Notes: a model not told the origin generated them from the letters alone. Numbered from the stretch's first letter, positions 1-13,527 are shown. The stretch is 64,000 bases of DNA from Rhina ancylostomus (GCA_030265395.1 JARFYF010000046.1:13829070-13893069), one strand, 5' to 3'. Numbers and translations: made by a program.

Positions 1-480
1 GTTGGATTGGATTTGTGTGGTTTTTGTAAACAGGACATAATTGTGAAACTTTCCAGATCTTTGGGTAAATGCAGCTAGTTTTGGAGTGCGGTCTTCAATA
101 CTACAGTTGAAGTGTTGTCTGCCTTTGATATATCCAGTGCTGTCAACTGTTTCTTCAACTGTGAATGAAATTAGCAAGAGGATGGCTTCTGCGGTGGTGG
201 GGATGTCGGGAGGAAGCCAAAGTGGATTGTCGGTTCGGCACTTCTGGCTGAACTTTGTTGCAAATACTTCAGCCATCTCTTTAGCGTTCACATGCTGGGT
301 CCCACCACCATTGATCTTGAAACCTCCTCCTCCCATTTGCTGTTGAATTGTCTATCATCATTCACAACCAGATGTGGTCAGAGTTTAAATCTGATCTGTT
401 GGCTGTGCGATCACTTGGCTCTGACTGGTGCATGTTGTTTTGCTGTGAAGCACACGTGGTCTTGTCTTACACAGGGTTAC
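1..480 (-). mobile_element. Decayed non-LTR retrotransposon ORF2 fragment (CR1/L2 group, region upstream of the RT core)
   Basis: Minus-strand translation gives GGTQHVNAKEMAEVFATKFSQKCRTDNPLWLPPDIP and IYPKIWKVSQLCPVYK. These resemble the 'KAE.FA..FS' and 'P..WK.A.V.PV.KK' motifs of LINE ORF2; frameshifted. Confidence 0.75.
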
Positions 481-2144
481 ATTTATCAGCTGAATCGTTT
501 GCTGAATCTCTGACTGCTTAGTTTTAAAGTTTATTTAAAGTCTTTGGCCTCCTCAAGACCTAGATTTGATACTTCCAGCCAATGCTGAAGTGTAAATATG
601 CTAAAGCAGTCTGAACATGTGCAGTTCACTGAACTACCCAGAATGCTTCAGTATCACCCAGTCAATCCTTTCTGTTGAATTTGCTCACTTGGACCTGGAA
701 TTCTCTCTGAAGGCCTAAATTCATGGTGAGATTTTGTGCATAATTTGCTTTTTTTGGCAGGTGTAGTTGGAATTTCCTGTCAATCTGAAGAGCACGCAGC
801 AAAATATCAAATATTGGCATAAACAAACAAAGAACCTGAAGTATTGGACCTGAAGAAGGCACAAGTCCTTGACCTTGCACTGCTTCTTAAATCTTGGAAA
901 TTAAGTCGAAAAACATCAAATCATTTTATGCTGCCATGGGTTCAGGTCCTAAAACTTGCATCCTTTTGATACTAGTGTAAATGCATTAACTAACATATTT
1001 TGCTCTTTTGATAGTGGTGGGGGGTGGGATTGGTGATGGGGAAATTATGTTAATGAGCAGAGACAAGTCTGAAGTGATTGAGGAAATTCACTCATTGCTT
1101 TAAATCTGATATTTAAGTTTTTTTAATCTCGTCCTCGCTCCATACGTGCACACAGACTCACACACGGACTCACGAAAGGAGCATATGAGGAATTCCCAAA
1201 TTCCTAATTCTGGAATGTGATTCAGAAACTAAAATAGCTCACACCCCTGAAAAAAAATTGCATTTAAAAACCCTCTGTACACAATGCAATATTTAATTGT
1301 ATTCCTAAACTAACAATAGTTTGGCAAAGTTGTTAACCTCTTTCTGATGAACAGATTAAGAATTTAGAGAAAATAACAGGAAACTAAACTAAATGTAGCA
1401 GAGTGTTAAAAATAATATAAGGAAATCCAACCCTTTAGCTGAGTGGATTAATGGTCTTGATAGAGAACATGGTGATACAATGACTGCAGAGAAGAGGCTG
1501 TTTGCTGTGTCTGAACAACACAATATCCCCAGTATACCTGACTCTAGCAAAGAGGAATGATTAGATAATGTGTGAAAGTTCTTGCCCACAGTGATTTCTG
1601 AATTTCATCTAGTTAAGTTTATGTTCAATCATTCTTTCAGGCTCTATGCAAGTTTAAAATTCTACACAGGTTGTTTCCTGTAGATTTGAGATTAGATCTA
1701 TATTATTATGTAGAAGTGTTGGAGGGTTCCTTGCAGATAGCATTGTGGCTGCAAGGAAATCTTCAATGTGGACTGGTTACAACAACTGGAAAAGCATTTT
1801 CTTCTGGTGCCAAACAATAGGTAGAACCCAGATTACACAGAACCCTTGTTACTCTGGAATATCAGGATGGTTATGCAGAATCTAGATGGAACCCAGATTG
1901 GATGAGTTGTTATTGAGCTGCTTCCATTGGAGATTTATGACGTACTGTCATACTCTGTAGAAAAAGCCATATTCTTAGATTTACTGCTAACAAATTTGTT
2001 TCTCACAGAAAGTTGGAGTTAGTTCTTGGAACAACCTTCATGAATTCTGTAAATCTGACTTTCTTCCCATTTTACTTCATAAAGAGGATTGTTTTGACTG
2101 AAATGGTCTGAATCTACTACAAAGTGTGTTTTTGGCCTGTGGAC

Positions 2145-2476
2145 CCTTGGCCTCTTGTGATTCTGTGCATTGGAGCCTCCATACAAGGCAGTGATGCAAC
2201 CAGTCAGAATGCTCCCCACTGTATATCTGCAGAAATTTGCAAGAGTCTTTGGTGACATACCAAATCTCCTCAAACTTCTAATGAGGTAGAGCTGCTGGTG
2301 TGCCTTCCTTGTGATTGCATCAATATGTTGGGCCCAAGATAGATCCTTTGAGATGTTGACACCCATGAACTTGAAGCTACTCACCCTTTCCATCGTTGGC
2401 TCCTCAATGAAGACTGGTGTGTGTTCTCCTGACTTCCCCTTCCTGAATTCCAATAGTTCCTTAGACTTGCTGACAT
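2145..2476 (-). mobile_element. Rex1/Babar-type LINE fragment (C-terminal part of RT ORF)
   Basis: ORF 2019-2453 reads ERVSSFKFMGVNISKDLSWAQHIDAITRKAHQQLYLIRSLRRFGMSPKTLANFCRYTVGSILTGCITALYG, typical of the Rex1/Babar C-terminus. It is homologous to 13733-14262. Confidence 0.85.
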
Positions 2477-3336
2477 TAATGGATTGTTTTGTGCAAATCA
2501 GGCACGCAGTGAGGGTATATTTTGATTGGACGCACCTTCATCACAATTGTTTAGTGATGGTCAGTATAATGAGGCACAGGAAAGCATTAGTGTTATCAGA
2601 CACCAAAGAGTTGGATGATTACATTTTGTCAGTCATGGGACTTCTGCTACTGACATAACGAATGACCCACCTAGTCAGGCCTGGATAAGTCGCAGACCAG
2701 CTATACTTGTATGGCTCAGGCACAGGTTCAACATGAGTGTCATGTGAACCAGATATAATAATGTGGTTTACCAACCTTTCTACTGTTGCCTTTATGCCTT
2801 ACAGTGATATTGGTGGTTACATTTATGAACACTATAATAACATGGTTAAGACATTGTGTATTATACACTTGGACAGATTGAATATGCAGCATTTGCTTTC
2901 CAGCTGAATGTTCATGAGATGCCAGCATCATTTATCATCATTTGATAAGGACAAAATGGCTCTATCTCTGCTTCCTCACAGCAAGATGATGCAAACCTTT
3001 TCTGCCAAATTTGTTTATTGGCATTTTACCCCCTCCTCATTAACTCTTTTCCAGCACAATTACATCCATGATTGAAAGACTAGCAAACATTGGAAATCTC
3101 AAGTAGGCTCTGATTGACAGTTTGTACCTGGACAACAAGAAAGGGCACTTGAATGGCAGTACAAAGTGTATCAGATCCTTTGATGGGTTTTAAAGAAAAA
3201 TCAGACACACTGGCTAAGGGTGATGAGATGCCTTCAAGGGAATGGCAGTTGTAACTGGGAAGGGCAAGAAAGAGAAAAACAGGAACAAATCAACAGAGCT
3301 TGGGTTTTGAAAGCTAAAATCATGTGCAAGAAGGAT

Positions 3337-3532
3337 AAAAAACACGATGATGCCGGAGGAACTCAGCAGGCCAGGCAGCATCCGCTTCCTGAAGAAGGGT
3401 CCTGAAGAAAGGTCCTGACCCAAAACATTGACCACCTGCTTTTCTCCACAGATGCTCCCTGGCCTGTTGAGTTCCTTCAGCATCACAGTGTTTTTCATCT
3501 AGATTCCAGCATCTGCAGTCCTTTGTTTCTCT
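3337..3532. mobile_element. Penelope-like terminal fold-back repeat
   Basis: Inverted arms gaggaactcagcaggccaggcagcatc and gatgctccctggcctgttgagttcctt flank ctgaagaaaggtcctgacccaaaacattgac. Confidence 0.65.
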
Positions 3533-4394
3533 GGGAGAAGCATAAGACAGTTAGGAAGGAATGAATTATACTGGCAGGTTAATGATCTTGATTTCAACAC
3601 AATTAGAATGCAGAGTTATAAAACTTTTAATTATTGGATTCACTAATTTACTTTGTTTAAAGAAATTGACATTCTCTTTATTTAAAATGCAGTTGCTAAT
3701 GACAGTTGCCATTAATGAAATCGTATGATTTTTCACACAACTGAGAGTACAATGAACACATCGTGAGAGTACAATTGACACTTCCCAGCACTGATGTACT
3801 CAGATAAACTTATGCAGGGTCTGCATTATACATTTGAGGTGTATTTTGTGGATTCAATGATAATTTACTGCAGAAACATCCATTTCTATTAGGTTCACAG
3901 TAGTGAAAAGATAATAATGGATGTGTTGCAAATAGATGGTTAACCATGCCTTGTGGAGTTCCTTTCAAGTGCTTCATAGATCAGAGAATTGGCATGCACT
4001 GATATCATTGCAACAAAGCCATGCTGACAGAGGACCAGATGGATGTTTTTTGGAATCAACACCTTTGTGAGTAATGGTTTAAAAAAAACAGCTGGATCTC
4101 ATTTTGTCAAACTTTAAAAGTAATTTCATGCTAAGATTGTTCCTTTTTATCTTTTTCAAGACTAGCACTCTCACTTGTAAGTCNNNNNNNNNNATGTTCA
4201 AATTTTACTCCAGATGTTTAATGAGATGCGTGATAAGATGTAACATAATTACAAGTCCTTTCTGTAAACAGTAAGTGTTACATGATCAAGTCTGATTGTT
4301 TACAAAAATTGTTGAGTGCTTTTCTCAGAAAAGCTTCATAATTGCCAAACACTTTCATTAAGTTTTTAAATTCACAGAATAAACACAGCACGGA

Positions 4395-5210
4395 CATGGA
4401 TTTTTGCAGCACCTTCAACATAGACATTTGTCCCAAGGTGCTCCACAATTTTGATTAAGTTTTTGGTAATCCTTTTGTTTTGGACTTTAAAGGTGCAGAT
4501 TTGCATTGGGGCAGAAGTCTGCGTTTACCTGTGTTTAGTTGGAAAAACAAACAAAATGCTGTAAGAACTCAGCAACTCAGGCAGCATCTATGGAGGGAAA
4601 TGGATAGTCAACTTTTTGGGCCAAAATTCTTTATCAGTCCAGATGAAGGGTCTCGACCCAAAACATTGACAGTCCATTTTCCCCCACAGACGCTGCCTGA
4701 CCCGCTGAGATCTTACAGCATCTTCTTTGTTGCTCCAGATTCCAGTATCTGCAGTCTCTTGTGTTTGTAGGTAGTTGGAGAAAACTAGCTTATAACAGGT
4801 TTGGATGTTTGGTTAGTGCTCTGGCAACACAGACACAGTGGAGAAATTGAAGTAAGGGGTGAAGAGGTGCAGCTCAGTGCTGTCTGTGTAAATGTGGGAT
4901 CAGGTATGTCTGCCTGTGATCACACTGAAGGGAACATGTAGATAAGAAAGAGGAGAAGCTATGGAGGCTGTAGGGCAGATGAATATCTGTCAAGCTGCTC
5001 TGAATACAATGAGATGGATAAAAATGGATGGTCCACTGAGTTCAAAAGTAGATAAGAGGTTTCAGAGGAAGAAAACGTTGATTGTTTTGAAGAAGCTGAA
5101 AGAATCTCGAGGATTAATGTCACGGGAGTTAAGGTCACAATATGGATCTAAATAAAATGAGAAGAGAACATGTCCCAGATCCACAATAGATAGCAAGTTG
5201 TATTTATAGT
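4395..5210 (-). mobile_element. Highly decayed L2 LINE fragment, interrupted by a fold-back repeat
   Basis: Minus strand of 4865-4960 gives LLLFLIYM and HIYTDSTELHL (cf. FHMYADDTQLYL). An L2-like 3' tail lies at about 4400-4448. Confidence 0.5.
4543..4768. mobile_element. Penelope-like terminal fold-back repeat
   Basis: Arms aatgctgtaagaactcagcaactcaggcagcatctatggagggaaatgga and tccattttcccccacagacgctgcctgacccgctgagatcttacagcat. The centre reads gtc-cagatgaagggtctcgacccaaaacatt-gac. Confidence 0.75.
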
Positions 5211-5310
5211 TAACTTTAGTCCCCTCTCCTCTCCTATCTGGATGGAGTTGCTGCTTAAAGACACACAATTCCTTGTGCACTAACAGCCTCCCTTTCCACA
5301 TGTTTGAGAC

Positions 5311-5502
5311 TTAGATAAGATAAGATATCTTTATTAGACACACGTACATCGAAACACAGTGAAGTGCATCTTTTGTGTAGAGTGTTCTGGGGGCAGCCTG
5401 CAAGTGTCACCACGCTTCCAGTGGAAACACAGCATGCCCACAACTTCCTAACCTGTACGTCTTTGGAATGTGGGAGGAAACCAGAGCACCTGGAGGAAAC
5501 CC
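5311..5502 (-). mobile_element. V-SINE (3' half) with Rex/Babar-like tail, truncated by an assembly gap
   Basis: Minus strand shows the V-domain gggtttcctccaggtgctctggtttcctcccacattccaaagac and ends ttcactgtgtttcgatgtacgtgtgtctaataaagatatcttatcttatct. Confidence 0.8.
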
Positions 5503-5828
5503 NNNNNNNNNNNNNNNNNNNNNNNNNNNNNNNNNNNNNNNNNNNNNNNNNNNNNNNNNNNNNNNNNNNNNNNNNNNNNNNNNNNNNNNNNNNNNNNNNN
5601 NNNNNNNNNNNNNNNNNNNNNNNNNNNNNNNNNNNNNNNNNNNNNNNNNNNNNNNNNNNNNNNNNNNNNNNNNNNNNNNNNNNNNNNNNNNNNNNNNNNN
5701 NNNNNNNNNNNNNNNNNNNNNNNNNNNNNNNNNNNNNNNNNNNNNNNNNNNNNNNNNNNNNNNNNNNNNNNNNNNNNNNNNNNNNNNNNNNNNNNNNNNN
5801 NNNNNNNNNNNNNNNNNNNNNNNNNNNN

Positions 5829-6010
5829 CATTACACAGTGCATTGAGGTAGCACAAGGTTAAACAATAACAGAATGCAGAATAAAGTGTTACGGTTACAG
5901 AGAAAGTGCAGTACAGGTAGACAATAAGGTGCAAGGTCATAATGAGGTAAATTGTGAGGTCAAGAGTACATCTTATCATACCAGGAAACTGTTCAATAGT
6001 CTTATAACAG
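5829..6010 (-). mobile_element. Rex1/Babar LINE 3' UTR fragment
   Basis: Closely similar to 49688-49922 and to the reverse complement of 53178-53337. It shares sequence with the 3' UTR at 13528-13632, which lies across a gap from the Rex ORF. Confidence 0.7.
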
Positions 6011-6149
6011 TAGAGACACCTGGAGACATTGGCAACTATAAACCCCTCGGTTTTATGGCTGACATCAGTTAACTGAACTGAGGTCCAAAATCCACCACTG
6101 GATGTCGAAAATAGTGATATTTAACTATTTGATTATTTTGGTAGGATAC

Positions 6150-6335
6150 CTTCCTGGAAAAGCCATCATTTATTGCCTATCCTAATTACACTTGAGAAAG
6201 TGGTAGAGGCCATATCCGTGGCTGGTTGTACCAGGGATATAACTTGAACAGCTGTGGTAAGTGAAGATACTCTCACAGTCATGTTGGCTTGGGAGTTCTG
6301 GAATTTGGAGAATCAGAGATCTGTTTCCAAGTCCA
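6150..6335 (-). mobile_element. Decayed LINE 3' end (CR1/L2 group)
   Basis: catttattgcctatcctaattacacttgagaaagtggt is the reverse complement of the motif at 31200-31245 (ccatctttctcaagg...gatgggcaataaatg). Confidence 0.5.
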
Positions 6336-6460
6336 TTTGTCCACTTAAGTCAAAGGACCTCCCCTCAGTTCAGATGCATGAATAATGAAGTCTACTGTAA
6401 TATCAACTTCATAAATTAATGTGTTTTCCTTTTCAAAAAATGTTATGATGTATAAGGCTG

Positions 6461-7222
6461 CAGAACATAGAACATTACAGCACAGCACAGGCCCTTTGGC
6501 CCACAATGTTGTGCCGACATTTTATCCTGCTCTATATCTATCTAAGCCTTCCCTCCCACATAGCCATCCACTTCTTTATCATTCATGTGTCTGTCCAAGA
6601 GTCTCTTATCTGCCCCCACAACCTCAGCCGGCAGTGCGTTCCATGCACCCACTGTTCTTTGTTTAAAAATAAACTTGCCTCTGACATCCCCCTTATATCT
6701 TCCTCCAATCACCTTAAAATTATNNNNNNNNNNNNNNNNNNNNNNNNNNNNNNNNNNNNNNNNNNNNNNNNNNNNNNNNNNNNNNNNNNNNNNNNNNNNN
6801 NNNNNNNNNNNNNNGTCACCTCTCATCCTCCTTCTCTCCAAAGAGAAAGGCCCTAGCTCACTCAGCCTATCCTCTTAAGACGTGCTCTCCAATCCAGGCA
6901 GCATCCCGGTAAATCTCCTCTGAACCCTCTCTAAAGCTTCCGCATCCTTCCTTTCATGAGGCGACCAGAACTGAACACAATACTCCAAGTGTGGCCTGAC
7001 CAGAGTTTTATAGAGCTGCAACATTACCTCGTAGCTCTTGAACTCAATACCCCAGCTAATGAAGGCCAACACACCATATGCCTTCTTAACAACCCTATCG
7101 ACCTGCATGGTAACCTTGGGGGATCTATGGATGTGGACCCCAAGATTGCTCTGTTCCTCCATACTGCTAAGAGTCCTGCCATTAACCTTGTATTCTGCCT
7201 TCAAGTTCGATCTCCCAAAGTG
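6461..7222 (-). mobile_element. CR1 LINE 3' portion
   Basis: ORF 6875-7204 reads VKKAYGVLAFISWGIEFKSYEVMLQLYKTLVRPHLEYCVQFWSPHERKDAEALERVQRRFTGMLPGL. It continues as GDVRGKFIFKQRTVGAWNALP and ends in a (TTCTA)-type tail. Confidence 0.95.
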
Positions 7223-7942
7223 AAGCTATAACAAATAACATTTTCAAGTTTGGGATTGACAGATGGATATCAATTGTTGAGAAGGATATCAATGGACATA
7301 TATCAAAAGTGGGTGAACTGAGTTGAGATCCAACAAGCATGGTGTAAATGAATGACAGAACAAGCTGGAGGACTGAATGCTTTATTCCTGTTCGTATATT
7401 TCTAACCAAAGCTGCACTGGATAGAAATAGAGTGATCAACATTCCCAATTATTGCAGCATTTGGTAAATGTTATTGCAAAGTTGCTTGCAGCTGACATTA
7501 ATCTTTTCTTTTTAGTTCTTTAAACTTCAAAACTGGGTTTATTCGGTATTTAAAAATATAACCAATGTTGTGCAGGGAACTAAATCCAATAACTGAATTT
7601 CAGGTTTGTGATGATGTTCATGTTACATTCTGGATTAAATTACAGTCTTGAAACTCTTTTCATGGCTCCCATTAGTTCATATTAACTTCACTGCAGTGAG
7701 TTTGGGAAACAAAACAAGCATTTTTGCCCGGGGAACTCATTAGAAATATCTGTGGTGCCGTGATGATAATAATGTCAGTAACTTCGAGAAATGTAGTGGA
7801 GAAGTGACCAGATAATAACTGGTGTGGAAGTAACAGTGGAAGAAATGCAAAAGATTTAAACCGTTTAACCAATTTAAACATTTACAACTTTAAGTATTGT
7901 GAGTTTAAAAAAAGTCCATCATTATTAACTGGGTGTAATGTT

Positions 7943-8404
7943 ACATAAGAAAGGGGAGCAAGAATAGGCTAGCTTGCCCTTCACATTGTTCTGCCATTGA
8001 ATAAGATCATAGCTGATCTGATTTTGGCCTCAACTCCACTCTTCTGCCTTTTCCCCATGACTACGTCATAGACCCAAGAATCTACCCCAGCCTTGAATAT
8101 ATTCAATGACTGAGCCTCCACAGGTCTCTGAGTTGGAAAATTCCCAACCCTCCTGCTCATCTCTGTCTTAAATGATGATCCTGTATTCAGAAGCGATTTC
8201 CCCTTAGTTCAAGACACCTCTATGAGGGGGAATATCCTCACTGCACCTATCAAGTCAAACTGCTTCAGAATATTATAAACACAAAAACCCTCTAAATTAT
8301 TTTTCAGTCTCCAATGACTATAGCATAACCTTTCCTCATAAGACAATCCCTTCATCCCAGGAGCTGACCTAGTGAACCTTCTCTGAACTGCCTCCAATGA
8401 AAGT
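7943..8404 (-). mobile_element. CR1 LINE 3' fragment
   Basis: LEAVQRRFTRSAPGMKGLSYEERL in ORF 8209-8460, followed by a CR1-type 3' UTR. Confidence 0.85.
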
Positions 8405-8484
8405 GAGGTGAATTTTGCCTGATATTGCAAACTGAAGTTATTGAATTGATCTCCTATCATTTGGTTTTCAATTCAGTGCCTTTA

Positions 8485-9275
8485 GAGTCATAAGGTCACG
8501 CAGAGTGGAAACAAGTGATTTGGTTGACCACATCCATGCCAACCAGCATGCACCCATCCTTGCTAATCCCATCTTCCAGCACTTGACCTGTAGCCTTCTA
8601 TGCAGTGTATTCCAGGTACATGCCACTCTCTGTGTGGAAAGGGGTCCCCTCAGATCCCGTCAAAATCTCTTACCACCTACTGTAAAGCTATATCCTCTAG
8701 TTTTCTGTATCTCTGATATGGGGAAAAATGTCCTGCAGCCTACCCTGTCTACACCCCTCATAATTTTATGTACCTCATATCCCCTCTTAACCTACTGCGC
8801 TCCAGGGAAAACAGTCTCTCCTCACAACTGAAATGCTTCATCCCAGACAACATTCTGGTAAATCTCCTCTGCAGTCTCTCCAGCACTATCACATCTTTCC
8901 TATCGTGTGGTGACCAGAACTGCATGTTGCAAACAGCAAGGGTCCCAGCACCAATCCCTGTGGAGCACCACTAGTCTCAAGCATCTGATTTAAAAACAAA
9001 ACCCTCTACCATCACTCTTTTCTGATTGCCAAGCCAATTTTGGATCCAATTTACCAAACTACCTTGGATTCCATGGTCCTAACCTTTTGGACCAGTCTCC
9101 CACGTGGGACCTTGTCGAAAGCCTTACTGAAGTCCTTGTGAACCACATCTACTGCACTGCCCTCATCAACACACTTTGTTACCTCTTCAAAAAAAGTTGG
9201 TCAGCTTGGTCAGCCAGGATCTGCCCTTCACAAAGTCACGTGGGCAATCTCTGATTAGTTCCTACATTTCCAAGT
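8485..9275 (-). mobile_element. Decayed CR1 LINE 3' portion
   Basis: The reverse complement contains cagttctggtcaccac (QFWSP) and gacttcagtaaggctttcgacaaggtcccac (DFSKAFDKVP). Confidence 0.85.
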
Positions 9276-9624
9276 GATGGACTGGAAAACTAGATGATTG
9301 ATTCAACATGTGAGTTAAATTGCCCCATAGACCTCAGGCTATGGATAGAGGCCACTTATTCGATGGGGGTTTCAGAAAGTTGATGGTGCTACACTTACGC
9401 TTGAGAAGAGGAGTAGAGCAGCAGGGATGAGGAAAGAAATTCCAAGAAGGAAACCTTAAAAAAATAATATATTAATTCCCAGAATAACCTTGTTAAATAT
9501 ATTTTAAATACTATTTAAAATGGTAATTGCTAATTACGTGGCAATTCAAAATAATTTACATAATACATATATTTTAGTTCTACCTCAGAAATATAATTGT
9601 TGCTGGCAAGATTAGGATTTTGTT

Positions 9625-9712
9625 TAATACTAGAAATACTCACCAGGTCAGGCAGCAGCTGCAGGGTGAGAACAGGGTTAGCGTTTCAGTTTGGCAACTT
9701 TTCATCGGAACT
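9625..9712 (-). mobile_element. Penelope-like terminal repeat, single arm
   Basis: aatactcaccaggtcaggcagcagctg...gttagcgtttcag matches the family's left arm. Confidence 0.5.
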
Positions 9713-10239
9713 TTCTGTAATCCCTCAGCCCAATCAGTGCTGAAATCGAAGTTTCCCATTCAGAGTACACTCTGTGTGCTTCCTTCCCCAAGTTCAAAAT
9801 GGAGAANNNNNNNNNNNNNNNNNNNNNNNNNNNNNNNNNNNNNNNNNNNNNNNNNNNNNNNNNNNNNNNNNNNNNNNNNNNNNNNNNNNNNNNNNNNNNN
9901 NNNNNNAGAAGTCCATTTCATCAGTTGAGCAAGGATAGCATGTGGAAGTTTGCTTGCCTGTGTTTGACCTCTTGACACGAGGCTTCATTGGGCTGGGATT
10001 CAATGTGATCAACTCTGGGGAATTCCCAGCCCACCTTGAAATTCCTTCCATTCCCACACTTCAAGTTAGTGGATCTTGTATGCCTGTGCATAATTGAGAA
10101 ATATTTCTTCCCCAATTGCCCATGTTGGCATTTTTTTTGTTTTCTCTTCTTAGAATACAACAGCACCATGTACACCATTTGGCATGGGGTACCAATGCCG
10201 ACTCTTTAGATGTAATGTCCAATAAGACCCACTTTCCTA

Positions 10240-10420
10240 TTTGCCCTAGCCCTATAAATTTCTCCTTTTCTATATCTCACCTCTTTTGAAAATTACATAA
10301 AATCTGCTTCTCCCAGCCTTTCGGACAGTGCATTCCAGGTCACAGTAACTTATTCAACTTGCTTTCAGATCCACCCTATCCCTAACTTCAGGTTCTTTTG
10401 CCACTCTTTTGAAGTTTGTA
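10240..10420 (-). mobile_element. Decayed CR1 3' end
   Basis: tctgcttctcccagcctttcggacagtgcattccaggtcac is the reverse complement of the CR1 'WNALP...VEA' segment. Confidence 0.55.
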
Positions 10421-12420
10421 TTCTTTGGTTAAGATTAACTAGTTTCATTTTTGCTGGTGGATAAAATGGGGTAGAAACTTGTTTCCAGCCACTGGTGTCT
10501 GTAGCCTGAGTTAGCAATAGGATTTTGGAGACGATTTATCCCTCAGCAACCCTCTTCCTACTTGTCCTTTAATCACTCAATTGCTCTCACTCTTAGGCTT
10601 TTTTTTTGTCTATTAATACTTTGTCTTTGAACGGCCCATTCCCCTTTCTTCTGTTGCCTTCCTTGCATCCCATTTTGCTTCATAGCTTCTTTTGAACATT
10701 CCCCCATCCTCTGCCTTGTTCCCAAGTCACTCAACTCACTTCTAAACAACCATTCATTTCCTCCATTCTGAGTCATTCCTCACAGAGAGAAGGTCATTAG
10801 AGGCCAGAAATTCTTGCGCCTTCAGTCACTTTCTTTTCCCCTCTTCCCCCATCTCCCTGCCCAAGTCCCTTCAACAGAGTTGCATTTCTTTCATAATGTG
10901 ATCCAATAGACAGGAAGGGTTGACCAGGTGACCCCCTCCACTACGTATTATTTATTTTTCTCCCCATATCTTAAATATATGTTGAAGTCTCTTTCATTTT
11001 AGAGACTACTAACTTTAATCCCCCCTTATTGCACTAACTTGATAAATTGTGTGCCAAGTGAAAGGAGACGGAAGCTGTGGAGCAAAATATATATGATATT
11101 GGCCAAGTCTTCAGACTGGGTGCAAACACTTGCCATGGCCTATGTGCCAACTGTTGGCAGTTCAGTCNNNNNNNNNNNNNNNNNNNNNNNNNNNNNNNNN
11201 NNNNNNNNNNNNNNNNNNNNNNNNNNNNNNNNNNNNNNNNNNNNNNNNNNNNNNNNNNNNNNNNNNNGTTGGCAGTTCAGTCGAGTGTTCCTTAGTCATA
11301 GAGCCTGACATCAATTTTCACCAACACTGGAGCCAAATATCTGTTGCACACCGTAAAGTTAAAAAAATTAACCTCAGTTATTTCCCTTATTAGTCCTGAA
11401 TATAATTTAAAGTTTTGGCAAATGGTACTGTTATATGGAGCACAATTAGATTTTCTCCATTGAAATTAAGGAACAGTTGAGCAGAGCTTCTCATTGCTGA
11501 AATCATGAAGTTGTAACTCCAGCCTATGTTTTTTGCAACTGTTAAACCGAATTCCCAATTGAGTTCCTGCCTCTATACTCTACCCTTTGGCTAGGGGACT
11601 CTCTGAATGAATGTGAGTTCCTCTGTGATTTTATCACCACTGCATAAATGACAGGAAGGCCAATTACTCCATTTACATGGTAACAAGTCAGATTTGAATT
11701 GAATTAGCAGTGGTACTAAATTAACTGCAATGTGTAAGTACCACAATTTGCCTGCTGCAAATTGGTTACAGAACAAGATCTCCCACCTCCGGAGTGTAGA
11801 TTGTGGAGCAAAGTGCTGTAACTTGATATTTGGCCTTGTATACATCCTGACACCACTGAATAACCAAGACTATGATGCAAAGCAAGATATGGCAACAGCT
11901 CACACTCAGCCCCTGTTCTATGATTGATACTGATTTTATGTAGTTTAAGCTTTGCTCGTTTAATGGAATTAATGGAACTTATAGTTCAAAAGTTATGTAA
12001 AAATACAGTTAATCAAATTTGAATAAAATTGTATAAAAGTATTCCAAGCATTGGGACAAATGTGCAGGCTTGGAATTTTGTATTTGATTCTGTGATGAGT
12101 TGAATATTTACGTAGATGATCAAGGAGATAGATGGAAGGGAGATGCTGTGGTGAGGTACGGGTGGTGAATTCACTTTGGCTTCATCCACTCTGCTGCTGT
12201 ACTTTTGGCTGAGACTCTGTTTGCTCCTGTAAGGAGGATTGCCAACTTACATGTGAGGGAGGGTGGATACAAGTGGCAGAAATGAGAAAATTCTTGAGAT
12301 TCAACCTCAGTGATTCACCAGCTTGTTAAAAAGTAGCATGTCAGCCCCTGCACAAAATTGTAGGGGAGTTAATTGAGTGCTTAACCTCTGCATTACAAAG
12401 TGGTGTGATTTATCTGTATG

Positions 12421-12522
12421 AAATAAATATAAGTACTGCTGGAAATACTCAGTGGATCAGAGAATTTCTGTGGAAGGAGAAGCGATATTAGCACTTCAGG
12501 CTGATGATCTGTCTTCAGAAGT
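12421..12522 (-). mobile_element. Penelope-like terminal repeat, single arm
   Basis: tgctggaaatactcagtggatcagagaatttctgtggaaggaga resembles the family's left arm. Confidence 0.5.
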
Positions 12523-13527
12523 TTCCATGTTTTCAATGAGTAAGTTAAAATTGCAATGACCACACCTGGATCCTCAGGACAGGCAAGTAACCTGGGTGAT
12601 TTTAACTGCTCGGCTCAGCTGCCTAATTTCCAGTGGCATCTGGCACTGAAATCATCCCATTGTTCCCAAGCATTGGCCGAACACTGCTTTCATGGAATGT
12701 GGGATAAATTTAAAATATTTCTACCACTGAAAAGTAATTGGCCACAGATGGAAACAAAATGTTGATGATCTTTCAAAGGCTAGGAGTATGATTATTCTTT
12801 CAGCCTGTGCAACAGTTGTTGGAAGCCTGGAAATGCCCAACATGCTTGGAATAATGGATATGGAGGTAGGGATCCAATCAGTGACTGACTACATTAAAAC
12901 CCAAAGTATCAACATGGAGATGATAAGGAATAAGGAGATGCTGCCAACTTACAGGGTACCAGATCGGTAAAGGAAAAGGCTTTCAAAGAACTCATGGTTG
13001 TAGCTGACTGCCAGTATCAGTCCTCTCTCTATGTTAAATGTTGGCATTCATGCGCTTTGAGGAAAGCTTTGCCATTGCTGTCTTGATTTCTGTGCAACAG
13101 TTTGGCAAAGTAGGTTTAGCTTTGTCCAATACATAGCATACATTAATATGATCCAGTGCGTCTTCATCTTCCTAGCATTCCTCTATCTCTACCTCTTCTT
13201 CAAGTGCATAGGGGAATCCCACTGGAGAATACCATTGAGTATTCCAAAGAAATTTGCAACACTATGATATTTGCAAGAAGACCTTCTGTGGTACAAGTGG
13301 TCATGAATGCTACTTTAGTAGTGGCTACTTCCTGAAACATTATATCTTTAACAGTAACTATATTTTTGGCACTGGTGCAAAATATTGCCAGAAATATTGG
13401 GGGATATTAAATAATTGGATGGCATTACAGTTTTTAATTTATTTTCCCCAATCAGTTGCATTCAGAATTAGTTGAGTATGTGATTTGTTGTTTCCACAAA
13501 TATACATTTCCTTTGCACTGTACCCAT

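Noticed and set aside
761-3300. Short coding-looking stretches on + (GVVGISCQSEEHAAKYQILA* after ttttggcag at 760; EWINGLDREHGDTMTAEKRLFAVSEQ at about 1441; others at about 1710 and 2530)
   Set aside because: No recognisable homology and no consistent exon chain; compatible with chance ORFs.
5364-5979. Long ORFs spanning N runs (also near 6506, 9620, 11039, 13456, 15436, 35269)
   Set aside because: Their length comes from untranslatable N gaps, not coding sequence.
11153-11282. Direct repeat gttggcagttcagtc on both sides of a 100-N gap
   Set aside because: Typical unmerged contig overlap (assembly artefact).
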